DNA of 64,000 bases from Eubacteriales bacterium (GCA_045656765.1 JAZORU010000024.1:1386-65385); one strand, 5' to 3'. Numbered from the stretch's first letter, positions 43,188 to 52,123 are shown. Program-made: numbers and translations. The notes: generated by a model not told the origin, from the sequence alone.

Positions 43188-43370
43188 ATGGAAAGTAACG
43201 TAGGAATAATAAGAGAGGTAGACAAGCTCGGAAGAATAGTTATACCAAAAGAATTCAGAACGCTTTTCAAATTAGACAGCATTGTAGAGGTTATAGGCAC
43301 AGAATCCGGCATATTTATAAGAAATCCCGAATATAAGCTTGTCAAAATAGACAAGGACGAAAAAAACTGA
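43188..43370 (+). CDS. Minimal AbrB/SpoVT-type swapped-hairpin DNA-binding protein (60 aa)
   Basis: MESNVGIIREVDKLGRIVIPKEFRTLFKL...VEVIGTESGIFIRN parallels the AbrB N-domain (GIVRKVDELGRVVIPIELRRTLGI). GGAGG RBS 5 nt before ATG 43188. Track start 43113 lies inside the leader terminator. Confidence 0.75.
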   Translation: MESNVGIIREVDKLGRIVIPKEFRTLFKLDSIVEVIGTESGIFIRNPEYKLVKIDKDEKN

Positions 43371-43371
43371 A

Positions 43372-43417
43372 AAACAGGCAAACGGTACAAAAAAGTTCCG
43401 TTTGCCTGTTTGTTTTT
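43372..43417. terminator. Bidirectional intrinsic terminator
   Basis: aacaggcaaacgg (43373-43385) / ccgtttgcctgtt (43398-43410), A-run before and T-run after. Confidence 0.75.
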
Positions 43418-43427
43418 ATCCAAAAGC

Positions 43428-44618
43428 TTATTTACCCATTGTCACAGTCACGATATATCCGCCCATATTATCGCCCGATATATCGTAGGTAAGACCGTCG
43501 GGCACCTTTACGTCGGTTGCCGCACCGCTGCTTGCCGGATAGTAGTACATTTCGTACTTCGTTCCGTCAGAGGCTTCAACCTTCAAATGCTCGCCGTCGT
43601 AGGTGTAGTTTTTGATATTTTCGTGGAATTCCTCAAAGCACCAGTTGTTGTCGTGCATAGCTACAGCCGCCGCAACACCGACGTATCTGAAGTGGTCGCA
43701 GTGAAGCGTTTTGCCCTCAAGCATATCGACTCCGGTTTTATCCTTTTTGTCGGTCGGATAGCGGTCTATTATACCGTATTTATAGCAGTTATCGTATATC
43801 CACGAGTATTCTTCTCTTGCCTGCGAGATATACTTAACACCGTCGTCGGACACCTTAAGGTCGAAGGTTCTGCCAGCCTCGTGCTCACTCTCTCCGCTCT
43901 TGAACTCGTATCTTATAACCTCAGAGCCGTGCTTATTCACGTATGCATCATACCATTTCTGCTGGTCCTCTGCGGAAATATATCCGTAATCGTCGCTGAG
44001 ACGGTAGCCCGAGAGTCCCGTCTCGGAATTAAATGCCGAGAACATGGCGTTGAGCGCCTTAACGGTATCACTGCGAAGCTTTACCGCGACGTTGGAATGT
44101 ACGACTATATAGGTTCCGTTGTTGTAGGTAGCGGCATCAACAAGCTGGCTTTTCAGCATCGTGTCGCCCTTCTGGTCGTACTTATAGCTTGAATTTATCA
44201 AAATAAGCAAACCGTACTTATAATCGTTTGCTCCCATAGAAACGGTAGTAAACTGCATTCCCTGCACTCCCTCACCGCCGCCAATATCACCCGAGCCCGA
44301 AATATCTCCGCTGCCTTCGCCGCCGATACCCTCTTGTGTATCGGGGGTGTCGGGGGTAGGCTCTTCCGTGCCAAATACTCCGCGAACGATAGCAAAAGCA
44401 CAAACGAGCCAAAGAGCAGCCAAAAGCACTATTACCGAAACCATAAGCACGGTCTTTTTAGTTTTGTTTTGCTTTTCTTTCTCTCGTCTTATAGCGTTTG
44501 ACCGGTTGACGCTCTTGCGTTCTCTTTCATAAGTATAACCGCCGTCGTCGGCCGTATCCTTTGAGAATATCTCGTCAAAAGCCTTATCCCAATCGTTTTT
44601 ATTATTGTTGTTATCCAT
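43428..44618 (-). CDS. VanY/M15B-family D-alanyl-D-alanine carboxypeptidase-like protein, membrane anchored
   Basis: SGESEHEAGRTFDL (H-x6-D zinc motif) and CDHFRYVG (terminal His). N-terminal TM. Start ATG 44618 after GGAGG. Confidence 0.75.
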   Translation of the reverse strand: MDNNNNKNDWDKAFDEIFSKDTADDGGYTYERERKSVNRSNAIRREKEKQNKTKKTVLMVSVIVLLAALWLVCAFAIVRGVFGTEEPTPDTPDTQEGIGGEGSGDISGSGDIGGGEGVQGMQFTTVSMGANDYKYGLLILINSSYKYDQKGDTMLKSQLVDAATYNNGTYIVVHSNVAVKLRSDTVKALNAMFSAFNSETGLSGYRLSDDYGYISAEDQQKWYDAYVNKHGSEVIRYEFKSGESEHEAGRTFDLKVSDDGVKYISQAREEYSWIYDNCYKYGIIDRYPTDKKDKTGVDMLEGKTLHCDHFRYVGVAAAVAMHDNNWCFEEFHENIKNYTYDGEHLKVEASDGTKYEMYYYPASSGAATDVKVPDGLTYDISGDNMGGYIVTVTMGK

Positions 44619-44658
44619 ACTAAAACCTCCGTGCACCAGAGCTTATCTGCCGCTTAGG

Positions 44659-45582
44659 TTATTTCTTCGTTTTTATATTTACGCTTCCGCTTGTAACGTG
44701 GATATCAATAGTCTTTGTGCCTGTTGCGTTATCCGAGCCCTCGCCGTCGGCACTCTCGGGGGGGTACTGCGTTCCCTTGCCGTCGCCGTTTATACTTACA
44801 CCCTTTGATGCGTATGCGGTAATGACGTATTCGCTCTCGGGTGCGCCAAGCTCTACCTTGACCTCTCCGCTTTCCTGTATATTTAGCTTAGTCAAGGTAT
44901 CCGCCTCGGTATTTTTGAGAGCAATGCTTCCGTTTTTAATATCTGTATGGAAGCGCGCCGCCTTGTTCGACTCAGCCGTGAGCTTACAATTCTCACCCGT
45001 TATATTGAATGCCGTCGCCTCCGAGCCGGAGATAGCAACCTCGCCCGAGTTTACCTCTGCCATAACGTCAAATGCTGCCTTGTAGCCGTCTATTGTTACC
45101 GTGCCCTTCTGAAGCACTATATCAAGAGCGTTTACCGACGTCTCTGCCGTAGTGTAGATATAAACCTCTTTCTCTCTTGAGAGAATATCCCTGTCGTGCC
45201 AATAGTGGCGTATGCCGCTGAAGGAAAGATTAAAATTGCCCGAGGTTATCATATCAATGGCGCTTTGGTTATCGGTGATTATGTAAGAAACTCCCGAAGC
45301 CGAGCCCGTAAAACTGCCCTCGGTAAAGTTTTTGAGAACTACCTTCTCCTCCTCGCCTACGCAGAGAAAAACCTTAGCTTCGGTGATGTTTACCTCAATT
45401 CTGTCATAATCGTTTGAATTGAAGTGTATCGTGTTTACACGGTTTCCGTCATCGTCAACGGTATCGTTGTAAAGTGAGATGCCCTCGCTCTCCGCCATTC
45501 CTTTTGCCATCTCACAGCTGACGTAGCCCGTGATGATCAATATAACGGAAAGCACTAAAAATATTATTGATGCCGGCTTCAT
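44659..45582 (-). CDS. DUF4097-type beta-strand repeat (putative adhesin-fold) membrane-anchored protein
   Basis: N-terminal TM, repetitive beta-strand segments. ATGA overlap with the upstream DUF1700-like gene, the usual partner of this family. Confidence 0.55.
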   Translation of the reverse strand: MKPASIIFLVLSVILIITGYVSCEMAKGMAESEGISLYNDTVDDDGNRVNTIHFNSNDYDRIEVNITEAKVFLCVGEEEKVVLKNFTEGSFTGSASGVSYIITDNQSAIDMITSGNFNLSFSGIRHYWHDRDILSREKEVYIYTTAETSVNALDIVLQKGTVTIDGYKAAFDVMAEVNSGEVAISGSEATAFNITGENCKLTAESNKAARFHTDIKNGSIALKNTEADTLTKLNIQESGEVKVELGAPESEYVITAYASKGVSINGDGKGTQYPPESADGEGSDNATGTKTIDIHVTSGSVNIKTKK

Positions 45583-46457
45583 ATAAGAGCACACACTCCT
45601 TTCAGATATTCTGCAAGAGTTCCAATCTTTTTGAGTACGAATTTAAAGAACACTCTGAGTTTACGCATTATCCAGGGGACAAAGCGTATTGCCGCATTGT
45701 ATATAAGCACTCCGACAAGCATCGTGATACCTGCCACCGTAATGCCCATTCCAAGCTCGTAGAGACCTACCGCCGTATTCGACAGAATGGTGAGCAGTCC
45801 GTATCCTATGCCGATGATAGCGATACCGCTTCCCGCCGCTACCGCTATCGCAAGCAGAGCCACGAGAATTATGATAAGCGCGATAAGGCCGAAGAACACT
45901 GCCGCAAAAACCGACAGAAGCAGAGTTCCGACAAAGAAAAGAATCGGAATACAGCAGAAGAATATTACCCAGAAATTACGCTCGCTCTCATATTTTTGGC
46001 AGAGCGACAACTCCTGTCCCGGCTTTTTGCGGGGCTTTTGTGCTTCATTTTTAAGCTGCTTGAGCTTTTCCTCGTCACGACGGCGGATCTCCGCCACGTT
46101 TGAGTGGTCGGTATTATGTATAGGCTCGGGCTTGTTGTTTGCGGGCGACTTATCGTAGTCACTTCTTATCTTAAACTGTCCGTCAGCCCCTTCCTTCTTC
46201 TTTTCGGGAGCTGCGGGACGTGCCGCCGGCGCTTGTGCACCCTTAGACTTATTCTGAAGCGACGCGTCGCGTGCAAAAAGCCTGTCAGCTATCGCCGAGA
46301 CATTAGGTGTTCCTCCTATAAGGGCGTTACGCTCCTCCGCACTGAGACCGTCAATAAAAGAAGATATCTTCTCTATACGCACTCCGATCTCATCGTCGGT
46401 GAGCTTTCTCTGCCGCAAAATGAGAGCAAGCTCTCTCAAAAATGCGTTTTTTTCCAT
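45579..46457 (-). CDS. DUF1700 (HAAS-type) membrane protein
   Basis: MEKNAFLRELALILRQRKLTDDEIGVRIEKISSFIDG N-terminal helical module, Ala/Pro/Lys linker, C-terminal TM bundle. Start ATG 46457 after GGAGG. Confidence 0.55.
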   Translation of the reverse strand: MEKNAFLRELALILRQRKLTDDEIGVRIEKISSFIDGLSAEERNALIGGTPNVSAIADRLFARDASLQNKSKGAQAPAARPAAPEKKKEGADGQFKIRSDYDKSPANNKPEPIHNTDHSNVAEIRRRDEEKLKQLKNEAQKPRKKPGQELSLCQKYESERNFWVIFFCCIPILFFVGTLLLSVFAAVFFGLIALIIILVALLAIAVAAGSGIAIIGIGYGLLTILSNTAVGLYELGMGITVAGITMLVGVLIYNAAIRFVPWIMRKLRVFFKFVLKKIGTLAEYLKGVCALI

Positions 46458-46576
46458 GTTTGCCTCCAAACAATATAAAAATCTTTGACAAATTTTATAG
46501 GCTGTGTTAGAATAGCTTTTGTAAGCATAAATATGCTATTTACTATATCATAACAAATTTCGGAGAAAATATCAAT

Positions 46577-47230
46577 ATGAGAATGAGAAAAAAAAAGAAC
46601 GGAGAGCAAAGAATATTGAATTGTTCGCAATTTCTTGCTCCCGAAAAGGAAGAAATTTTCAAAAATCCGTCCTCTCCATTTAAAAACGAGCTTCCCGTAT
46701 GCCTTGAAATAGGCTGCGGAAAGGGCGGTTTTATATGTGAGCTTGCGCGTCTTCACCCCGAATATAACTTTTACGCTATGGAAAAGGTGCGCGACTGTAT
46801 GGTGCTTGCCTTAGAAAAGGCGGCGGCAAAGGAAGACGGGATAATCGACAACCTTCGTTTCATTATAGGGGATGCGGACACCCTGCGCGAATACTTTCCC
46901 GAAGGCTCGCTTGATAAGATATACTTAAACTTCAGCGACCCTTGGCCGAAGAAGGGACACGCAAAACGCCGACTGACTCATATATCGAAGCTCTCTATTT
47001 ACAAGGACCTTTTGCGCGACGGCGGTGAGCTCAGACTCAAAACCGACAACGACGGGCTTTTTGAGTTTTCGCTTGAGCAGTTCGCCGAGGCAGGCTTTGA
47101 AATTCTCTGGCAGACCACAGACCTTCACGCAAGCGAATACAACGAAGGAAACGTAATGACCGAGTACGAGCGCGCCTTCTCCGAGAAGGGCAAGAACATA
47201 AACGCCGCAGTAGCGGTAAAAAAAGCGTAA
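46577..47230 (+). CDS. trmB: tRNA (guanine46-N7)-methyltransferase
   Basis: LEIGCGKGGFICELA SAM motif, YLNFSDPWPKKGHAKRRL. Confidence 0.9.
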   Translation: MRMRKKKNGEQRILNCSQFLAPEKEEIFKNPSSPFKNELPVCLEIGCGKGGFICELARLHPEYNFYAMEKVRDCMVLALEKAAAKEDGIIDNLRFIIGDADTLREYFPEGSLDKIYLNFSDPWPKKGHAKRRLTHISKLSIYKDLLRDGGELRLKTDNDGLFEFSLEQFAEAGFEILWQTTDLHASEYNEGNVMTEYERAFSEKGKNINAAVAVKKA

Positions 47231-47234
47231 CCGT

Positions 47235-47888
47235 ATGGCTGAAAAAATAGAAGTTTTATACATAGGCGACGGATTTGCCGTAGTAAACAAGCCTGTGGGG
47301 GCGGACAGCGAGGACAAGGGCGAGGGGAGCGTTCCGTATCTTGTAAAAGAGACTCTCGGCATCTCATACGCCGCCCCATGCCACAGACTTGACAAAGCGG
47401 TCGGCGGTGCTATGCTCGTCTCGACCGACGAGCGCAAAACCGCGTTTTTATGCGACTGTGTCAAGGAACACAAAATAGAAAAGGAATATATCTGCGTGTG
47501 TGAGGGCGTATTCCCCGATGACGAGCAAAAGGGCGTTATGCGGGATATTTTGTTCTTCGACAGAAGCCGAAGAAAAAGCTTTGCCGTAAAAAAAGCGCGC
47601 AAGGGCACGAAGGAAGCGTCACTTGAGTACGAGGTGCTGGAAGCTGCTGAAGCGCCCGACGGAAAGCCGCTCTCTCTTGTACGGGTGAAGCTTCACACCG
47701 GCAGAACGCACCAGATAAGAGTGCAGTTTGCCTCTCGCCGCCACTCGCTTTGCGGAGACGGCAAATACGGCTCCCATGACAACGGATGCACCGTTGCCCT
47801 GCACTGTCTCTCCGTTACGGTAGACGGCGTGCGCGTGAGCTGTCCTCCCGAGAGAAAATATCCGTTTGATCTATTCAGAATTGAATAA
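47235..47888 (+). CDS. RluA-family pseudouridine synthase
   Basis: VNKPVGADSE, HRLDKAVGGAMLV (catalytic Asp), HTGRTHQIRVQF. Confidence 0.85.
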   Translation: MAEKIEVLYIGDGFAVVNKPVGADSEDKGEGSVPYLVKETLGISYAAPCHRLDKAVGGAMLVSTDERKTAFLCDCVKEHKIEKEYICVCEGVFPDDEQKGVMRDILFFDRSRRKSFAVKKARKGTKEASLEYEVLEAAEAPDGKPLSLVRVKLHTGRTHQIRVQFASRRHSLCGDGKYGSHDNGCTVALHCLSVTVDGVRVSCPPERKYPFDLFRIE

Positions 47889-47891
47889 AAC

Positions 47892-47921
47892 AATCCCACT
47901 CGGCGAGTGGGATTTTATTTT
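47892..47921 (+). terminator. Intrinsic terminator
   Basis: aatcccactc ggc gagtgggatt + TTTATTTT. Confidence 0.75.
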
Positions 47922-47996
47922 ATTCTCATATTCTTTAATACCTGCATATACTTATATTAGGAAAAAACAGCCGCACTCGGCGGCAGGGAGGCTATT

Positions 47997-48155
47997 ATGA
48001 ATAAATCACGCTCAATTTGCCGCACGGTAGGTATTTCGCTCCTTTCCTTTGGGGGCGGGGTGCTTGCGTCCTTCTTTTTACCGCAATCTGTGCTTATCGT
48101 TATTGAATCACTCGTTATAATTGGTGTGGGGCTGCTCTATTTTTCCTGTAAATAG
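47997..48155 (+). CDS. Small (52 aa) two-TM membrane peptide, below the ORF-track length cut-off
   Basis: My translation: MNKSRSICRTVGISLLSFGGGVLASFFLPQSVLIVIESLVIIGVGLLYFSCK. GGGAGG RBS 7 nt upstream. Confidence 0.4.
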   Translation: MNKSRSICRTVGISLLSFGGGVLASFFLPQSVLIVIESLVIIGVGLLYFSCK

Positions 48156-48175
48156 CCGAATTTTCGAGGTTTTAT

Positions 48176-48268
48176 ATGAAAATAGTTGTTTTGAACTCTC
48201 CGAGATTTGTCTCTGCTATTCTGCGGAAATTTTTTAAAATAGACAAACCGCAAAAAAAGGCGGACTGA
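48176..48268 (+). CDS. spoVM: Stage V sporulation protein M-like peptide (30 aa), below the ORF-track cut-off
   Basis: My translation MKIVVLNSPRFVSAILRKFFKIDKPQKKAD parallels B. subtilis SpoVM MKFYTIKLPKFLGGIVRAMLGSFRKD (P-[KR]-F-[LV]-x-x-I-[VL]-R). Own terminator follows. Confidence 0.6.
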   Translation: MKIVVLNSPRFVSAILRKFFKIDKPQKKAD

Positions 48269-48269
48269 C

Positions 48270-48303
48270 AGGTGTCGGGATATCTTCCCGACACCTTTGT
48301 TTG
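48270..48303 (+). terminator. Intrinsic terminator after the spoVM-like ORF
   Basis: aggtgtcggga tatct tcccgacacct + TTGTTTG. Confidence 0.7.
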
Positions 48304-48345
48304 TCTGAAATTGCATAAAAACATCGAAGCTTGTTATAAATATTA

Positions 48346-48374
48346 TTGACAATCCCCCCACTAAATGCTATAAT
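48346..48374 (+). promoter_or_regulatory. Consensus sigma-A promoter (TTGACA-17-TGcTATAAT)
   Basis: TTGACA 48346-48351, TATAAT 48369-48374 with TG at -15/-14. Confidence 0.7.
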
Positions 48375-48404
48375 TAGATATAATAATTTTTTGGAGGTAT
48401 CACC

Positions 48405-48668
48405 ATGGATATGTTGAAAAAGATTTTCCCTCTTTCCTGGAAGTACACAAAGGACGTAGCAAGCCTCGTTATCGGTATTATAATTCAGGTTGTAGTAGGC
48501 GTTTTAGCAGGCGTTGTTATCGGAATTGCCGGTCTTTTGACAGGCATACCGGTGCTTGGATTCATTCTTGCATTGGTTCTCAGAATCGTAGGCTCTTTGA
48601 TCGACATCTACGTTATTGCGGGAATAGTTATCCAGGTTCTTGTTTTTGCAAAGGTTATCAAGGACTAA
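48405..48668 (+). CDS. Small hydrophobic membrane protein (87 aa), unknown function
   Basis: GGAGG RBS, two or three Gly/Ile/Val-rich TM segments. Flanked by a consensus promoter and a terminator. Confidence 0.6.
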   Translation: MDMLKKIFPLSWKYTKDVASLVIGIIIQVVVGVLAGVVIGIAGLLTGIPVLGFILALVLRIVGSLIDIYVIAGIVIQVLVFAKVIKD

Positions 48669-48694
48669 TCCAACCACATCTTTTTACAGTATGT

Positions 48695-48724
48695 AAAAAA
48701 GCACGCTCAAGCGTGCTTTTTTTG
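48695..48724. terminator. Bidirectional intrinsic terminator
   Basis: aaaaagcacgc tcaa gcgtgcttttt. Confidence 0.8.
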
Positions 48725-48730
48725 TTGCTT

Positions 48731-49207
48731 TTATTCTTTCACTACGCAAAAAACGTAGCTCTCGTCATTTTTTGATTTGACCGTTTCGTGTACACGCACG
48801 GGCAAGGGCGTGTCGTACCCTTGAGTTACCTTATAGCACGCTTCAAAATAGGTCCACTTGTAAAAAAACGGGTGCTCTTTTTCTTCGATTCCGCCGGGCA
48901 TCCGAAGGCGGCTCATAAAACGTTCTTCAATTTTGCTCTCGTCTTTTCGCTCTGTGACAAGCTCGATATCCACCCCGACGGGCGTATCCGACAAAGCCGC
49001 CGCGCACATAGTGTGAGAGTGTGAAAGAGACACAAAAAGATTCTCTACACGCTCACCGTTACGTGACAGATACGGCGACCCGTTTTCGTCGCGGCAAAGC
49101 AAAGCACCCCGAAGCTCCGGCAGGTGCTTTTCTATAAGAGAGAAAAGCAGCTCCCTCGCGCTCTCGTGCTCGTCGCCTTCAATTTCGGCATAAGCGTAAA
49201 AAAGCAT
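48731..49207 (-). CDS. 4'-phosphopantetheinyl transferase (Sfp-type, short)
   Basis: VSLSHSHTMCAAALSDTPVGVDIE and FYKWTYFEACYK motifs. Confidence 0.7.
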   Translation of the reverse strand: MLFYAYAEIEGDEHESARELLFSLIEKHLPELRGALLCRDENGSPYLSRNGERVENLFVSLSHSHTMCAAALSDTPVGVDIELVTERKDESKIEERFMSRLRMPGGIEEKEHPFFYKWTYFEACYKVTQGYDTPLPVRVHETVKSKNDESYVFCVVKE

Positions 49208-49209
49208 AT

Positions 49210-50031
49210 CTACCTCTGTTTTTCGTATACACGTATCTCAAAGTCAACCAAGGTGCGAAGCCTCTCTGTTTCAAAAAGCTTCGCCTCTGCCTCGGGCGAG
49301 GTTTTATGAGAATACGGTGTCATCATATAAAGCGCCTTTATGTACTCCGCACCCTCAAGGGTAATTTCGTAGGAAAGCTCCTGACGGTCAACCTCTGCCA
49401 TACAGTCGGGCAGGTCTCGGCGGTCGGTGTTTTCCCTGACGTTTTCGTAAAGTGCTGCCTTCAGCCCTTCAAGGTGCCGCTTGCCCGCGCAACCGACAAC
49501 GAGCCTTCCACCCGGCTTTAGCACTCGCATAAATTCCTCTGTCGCGCACGGGGCGAATATGCTGAGTATGCAGTCCGCACTCTCAACCTTTATCGGCATT
49601 TCGTATACCGAGCCGACGGCAAACCTCGTCTTGAAGTCAAGTCCGCACGCCTTCGCTCTTCTCGCGGCGTAGTCTACCGATGCTTTCGAAAGATCAAAGC
49701 CGACGGTCAAAGAAAAATTCTCGGCGGCGGCACAGGTATAGTATCCCTCTCCGCAGCCCGCGTCAATGAGAAGTTCTCCCTTTCCTGCGGCGCGGCACAA
49801 GGCATCGCGGAAAGGCTCGTATGCTCCGCACGACAGAAAGCTCGTGCGGGCGCGTGCCATTTCCTTTGAGTCTCCGCTTTCCTTCTGCGAGCTTGTGTTC
49901 ACTAAATTTACGTATCCGCGCTTCGATATATCGTAGGTGTGTCTCTGCCCGCACACGAAAGATCCGCCTGCCTTGGCGAGCGGCATCTTGCATTTCGGGC
50001 AGACTAAAATATCCTCTACCGTCATTTTCAT
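49210..50031 (-). CDS. rRNA (guanine-N1)-methyltransferase, RlmA-like
   Basis: N-terminal zinc ribbon CPKCKMPLAKAGGSFVCGQRHTYDISKRGYVNL, SAM motif LIDAGCGEGYY. Confidence 0.75.
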   Translation of the reverse strand: MKMTVEDILVCPKCKMPLAKAGGSFVCGQRHTYDISKRGYVNLVNTSSQKESGDSKEMARARTSFLSCGAYEPFRDALCRAAGKGELLIDAGCGEGYYTCAAAENFSLTVGFDLSKASVDYAARRAKACGLDFKTRFAVGSVYEMPIKVESADCILSIFAPCATEEFMRVLKPGGRLVVGCAGKRHLEGLKAALYENVRENTDRRDLPDCMAEVDRQELSYEITLEGAEYIKALYMMTPYSHKTSPEAEAKLFETERLRTLVDFEIRVYEKQR

Positions 50032-50038
50032 TCTACCT

Positions 50039-51049
50039 TTATTCTACCTTTATAAGCCTTGCAAGAAGCGCGTATCTTCCGGTTACCGTTCTCGTGTTGC
50101 AGGTGGAAAGAGTAACTATTCTGTCTTCAGCGCTGAACTCTATATTCTTTTTGAATATAGATAAGCGTTGCATTTCATTGAGAAAATCGACGTACTTCTC
50201 ATCGGACGAAAATCCCGTTTTGTTGTAATTTACTGCGGTCGTGGTATTAAGCACGCAGAACGGCTCAAAAATATACATTCCGTCAAAGGTGTATATCTCT
50301 ATTACCTTTGAGTTAAAGTAATCTTCCTGTAAAAATTTCTTGACCGCGGCAAACATAGAGCCGTTCGCCATATTGTGACCGTAAAGCACGGTGTTGTAGT
50401 TTTCCTCAATAGAATCCGTATTTCTGTAATCGGCAAATATCGTACCCGAGCGCAGATACTCCCCGTTATATGCGCGAGTAAGATAATAGTCATTGTCCTC
50501 ACCCAGCACTATCGGGTAGTTTACCTGCGTGCCTTCGATTCTTATCCAACCGATAACGTCGTCGTTTATGCGCTTTATCTCCTCAAGCTTCGACTTAACT
50601 CTCGCGTGCTGTACGTTTATCTCCTTAACGGGAGCTATCTCGCCCATGCTGACACCCGATCCAAGTATAGTGTGGTAATCGTTTACCGACGGGATCGGAG
50701 AAAAAGACGGCGCGGGGCTTACGGCTGACGGTTCGTTTGACACCTCCTTGAACACATCGGAGGAAAGCGCCGAGTAAAGATCCTCACCGCGCTTATAATC
50801 AAACCAACGGTAAAAAAGCATTACCGCACTTACCGCAAAGGTCACCATACAAATAAGCAGCAGAATATTACGCAGGCTGAAGATCTGCTTAGCTGTAATT
50901 TTCTTTTTTGCTTTTGCCGGCGACGTGTCCTCGCAATCTCCCGAGAATTCCATATCAATTTCATCGTCCTCGGGAAGATTAAATATCAGGTTATTCAGTT
51001 CGTTTTCAGAGTACACCTCGGCTTTTTTGCCGCTCTTTCTTTTTTTCAT
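50039..51049 (-). CDS. srtB: Class B sortase
   Basis: DVIGWIRIEGTQVNYPIVLGEDNDYYL, TVLYGHNM (catalytic His), VTLSTCN (Cys), GRYALLARL (Arg). N-terminal TM. Confidence 0.8.
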   Translation of the reverse strand: MKKRKSGKKAEVYSENELNNLIFNLPEDDEIDMEFSGDCEDTSPAKAKKKITAKQIFSLRNILLLICMVTFAVSAVMLFYRWFDYKRGEDLYSALSSDVFKEVSNEPSAVSPAPSFSPIPSVNDYHTILGSGVSMGEIAPVKEINVQHARVKSKLEEIKRINDDVIGWIRIEGTQVNYPIVLGEDNDYYLTRAYNGEYLRSGTIFADYRNTDSIEENYNTVLYGHNMANGSMFAAVKKFLQEDYFNSKVIEIYTFDGMYIFEPFCVLNTTTAVNYNKTGFSSDEKYVDFLNEMQRLSIFKKNIEFSAEDRIVTLSTCNTRTVTGRYALLARLIKVE

Positions 51050-51217
51050 ACGAACGCCCTACTGTCAAAAATTAATACATATACATTATATAATGTAAAG
51101 CAAAAAAACACAATAGGAAATATAATACTTTCAAAATTGTTTACAAAAGCATCCGAAGCGTTCTACTGTAATTATGAAAGAAAAAGAGGATGTAGCATTT
51201 ACATCCCCTTATGATTT

Positions 51218-51973
51218 TTAATTCTCGTAGCTTGTGTCCTGCAAAAGCGAAGCCTTAGCCGCAGATGAAAGATAGTCCTCGGGGTTTACGTATTTGCCGC
51301 TTAGCTGAGCTTCAAAATGAAGGTGCGGCTCCTGTGCTATTTCGACCATAGAGCTCTCGCCTATATAACCGACGGTGTCACCGCACTTTACTTTTCCGCC
51401 CACCTTGATCCCTTCAGCCAAGCTGTCCGCAAGGTTTCGGTAGATACTTACAAGTCCCCCGTCGTGCTCTATCTTCAAGCACTGGCCCGTCATTGCATCA
51501 TACCATATATCCGTTACCGTGCCGTCGGCGGAAGCAAGCACGGGTGAGCCGAGCTTCGCGTTTATGTCGATTCCCATGTGCGTGCGGTAGTCTTCCATCG
51601 TCGTTGAATATACGAGAACCTTGTCCGAGTATTCCTTCGATAAAACACCCGAAGCCACAGGCGTTGCAAACGTGGGAATCACGGGCGCCTCAGGCTCGGG
51701 ATTGACCACCTCGTCGGCATCGGGGTCAGCCACAACGGGAAGCGTGACAGAGGGGGTACTTGGCTTTGTGCCGGTGCTGTCTGTGTAGGCAGATGTGTCC
51801 TGAGTATCAGTCGTCACACTGCCATCGGTATCAACGCTTGGCTTTGCGCGGGAAAGAACCGAGGAAAGAACGACTACTACTGCCATAATTACGAGCATTG
51901 CGGCAACCGTGATATAAAGAATCTTGTTTGCCTGAATTTCCTGCTCGCTTTTTTGTTTGTTTTGGTTATTCAT
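51218..51973 (-). CDS. M23-family metallopeptidase, membrane anchored
   Basis: HMGIDINAKLGSPVLASADGTV...EPHLHFE. Start placed at ATG 51973 (MNNQNKQK, then TM). The upstream part of the track ORF has no coding character. Confidence 0.75.
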   Translation of the reverse strand: MNNQNKQKSEQEIQANKILYITVAAMLVIMAVVVVLSSVLSRAKPSVDTDGSVTTDTQDTSAYTDSTGTKPSTPSVTLPVVADPDADEVVNPEPEAPVIPTFATPVASGVLSKEYSDKVLVYSTTMEDYRTHMGIDINAKLGSPVLASADGTVTDIWYDAMTGQCLKIEHDGGLVSIYRNLADSLAEGIKVGGKVKCGDTVGYIGESSMVEIAQEPHLHFEAQLSGKYVNPEDYLSSAAKASLLQDTSYEN

Positions 51974-52094
51974 AAAGTGTGCATTTTCCTTTCGCTTAAA
52001 TATCTGTTTGTATTTTCTGCGTTTTTTTCTCGCTCTATACAATATTTGATAAATTATTAAAAAAGAAAAAGCAAAAGCGGCACCGCCAATTCGA

Positions 52095-52123
52095 TTGACA
52101 AAATCCGCGCCGTGTGATAAAAT
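52095..52123 (+). promoter_or_regulatory. Sigma-A promoter for radC (TTGACA-17-TGaTAAAAT)
   Basis: TTGACA 52095-52100, TAAAAT 52118-52123. Confidence 0.55.

Noticed and set aside
42953-43198. 81-aa ORF (and the 85-aa ORF 43113-43370 start) overlapping leader copy A
   Set aside because: It begins inside P1 and reads through all helices and the terminator. The AbrB-like protein has a proper GGAGG-ATG at 43188 downstream of the terminator.
43166-43198. 10-codon uORF (MDLYGGSYGK) between the leader terminator and the AbrB-like start
   Set aside because: It has no RBS, overlaps the real RBS out of frame, and is absent from the equivalent position in copy B.
43188-43370. AbrB/MazE-type antitoxin of a toxin-antitoxin pair
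   Set aside because: No adjacent toxin ORF. The gene is followed by a bidirectional terminator and a convergent gene.
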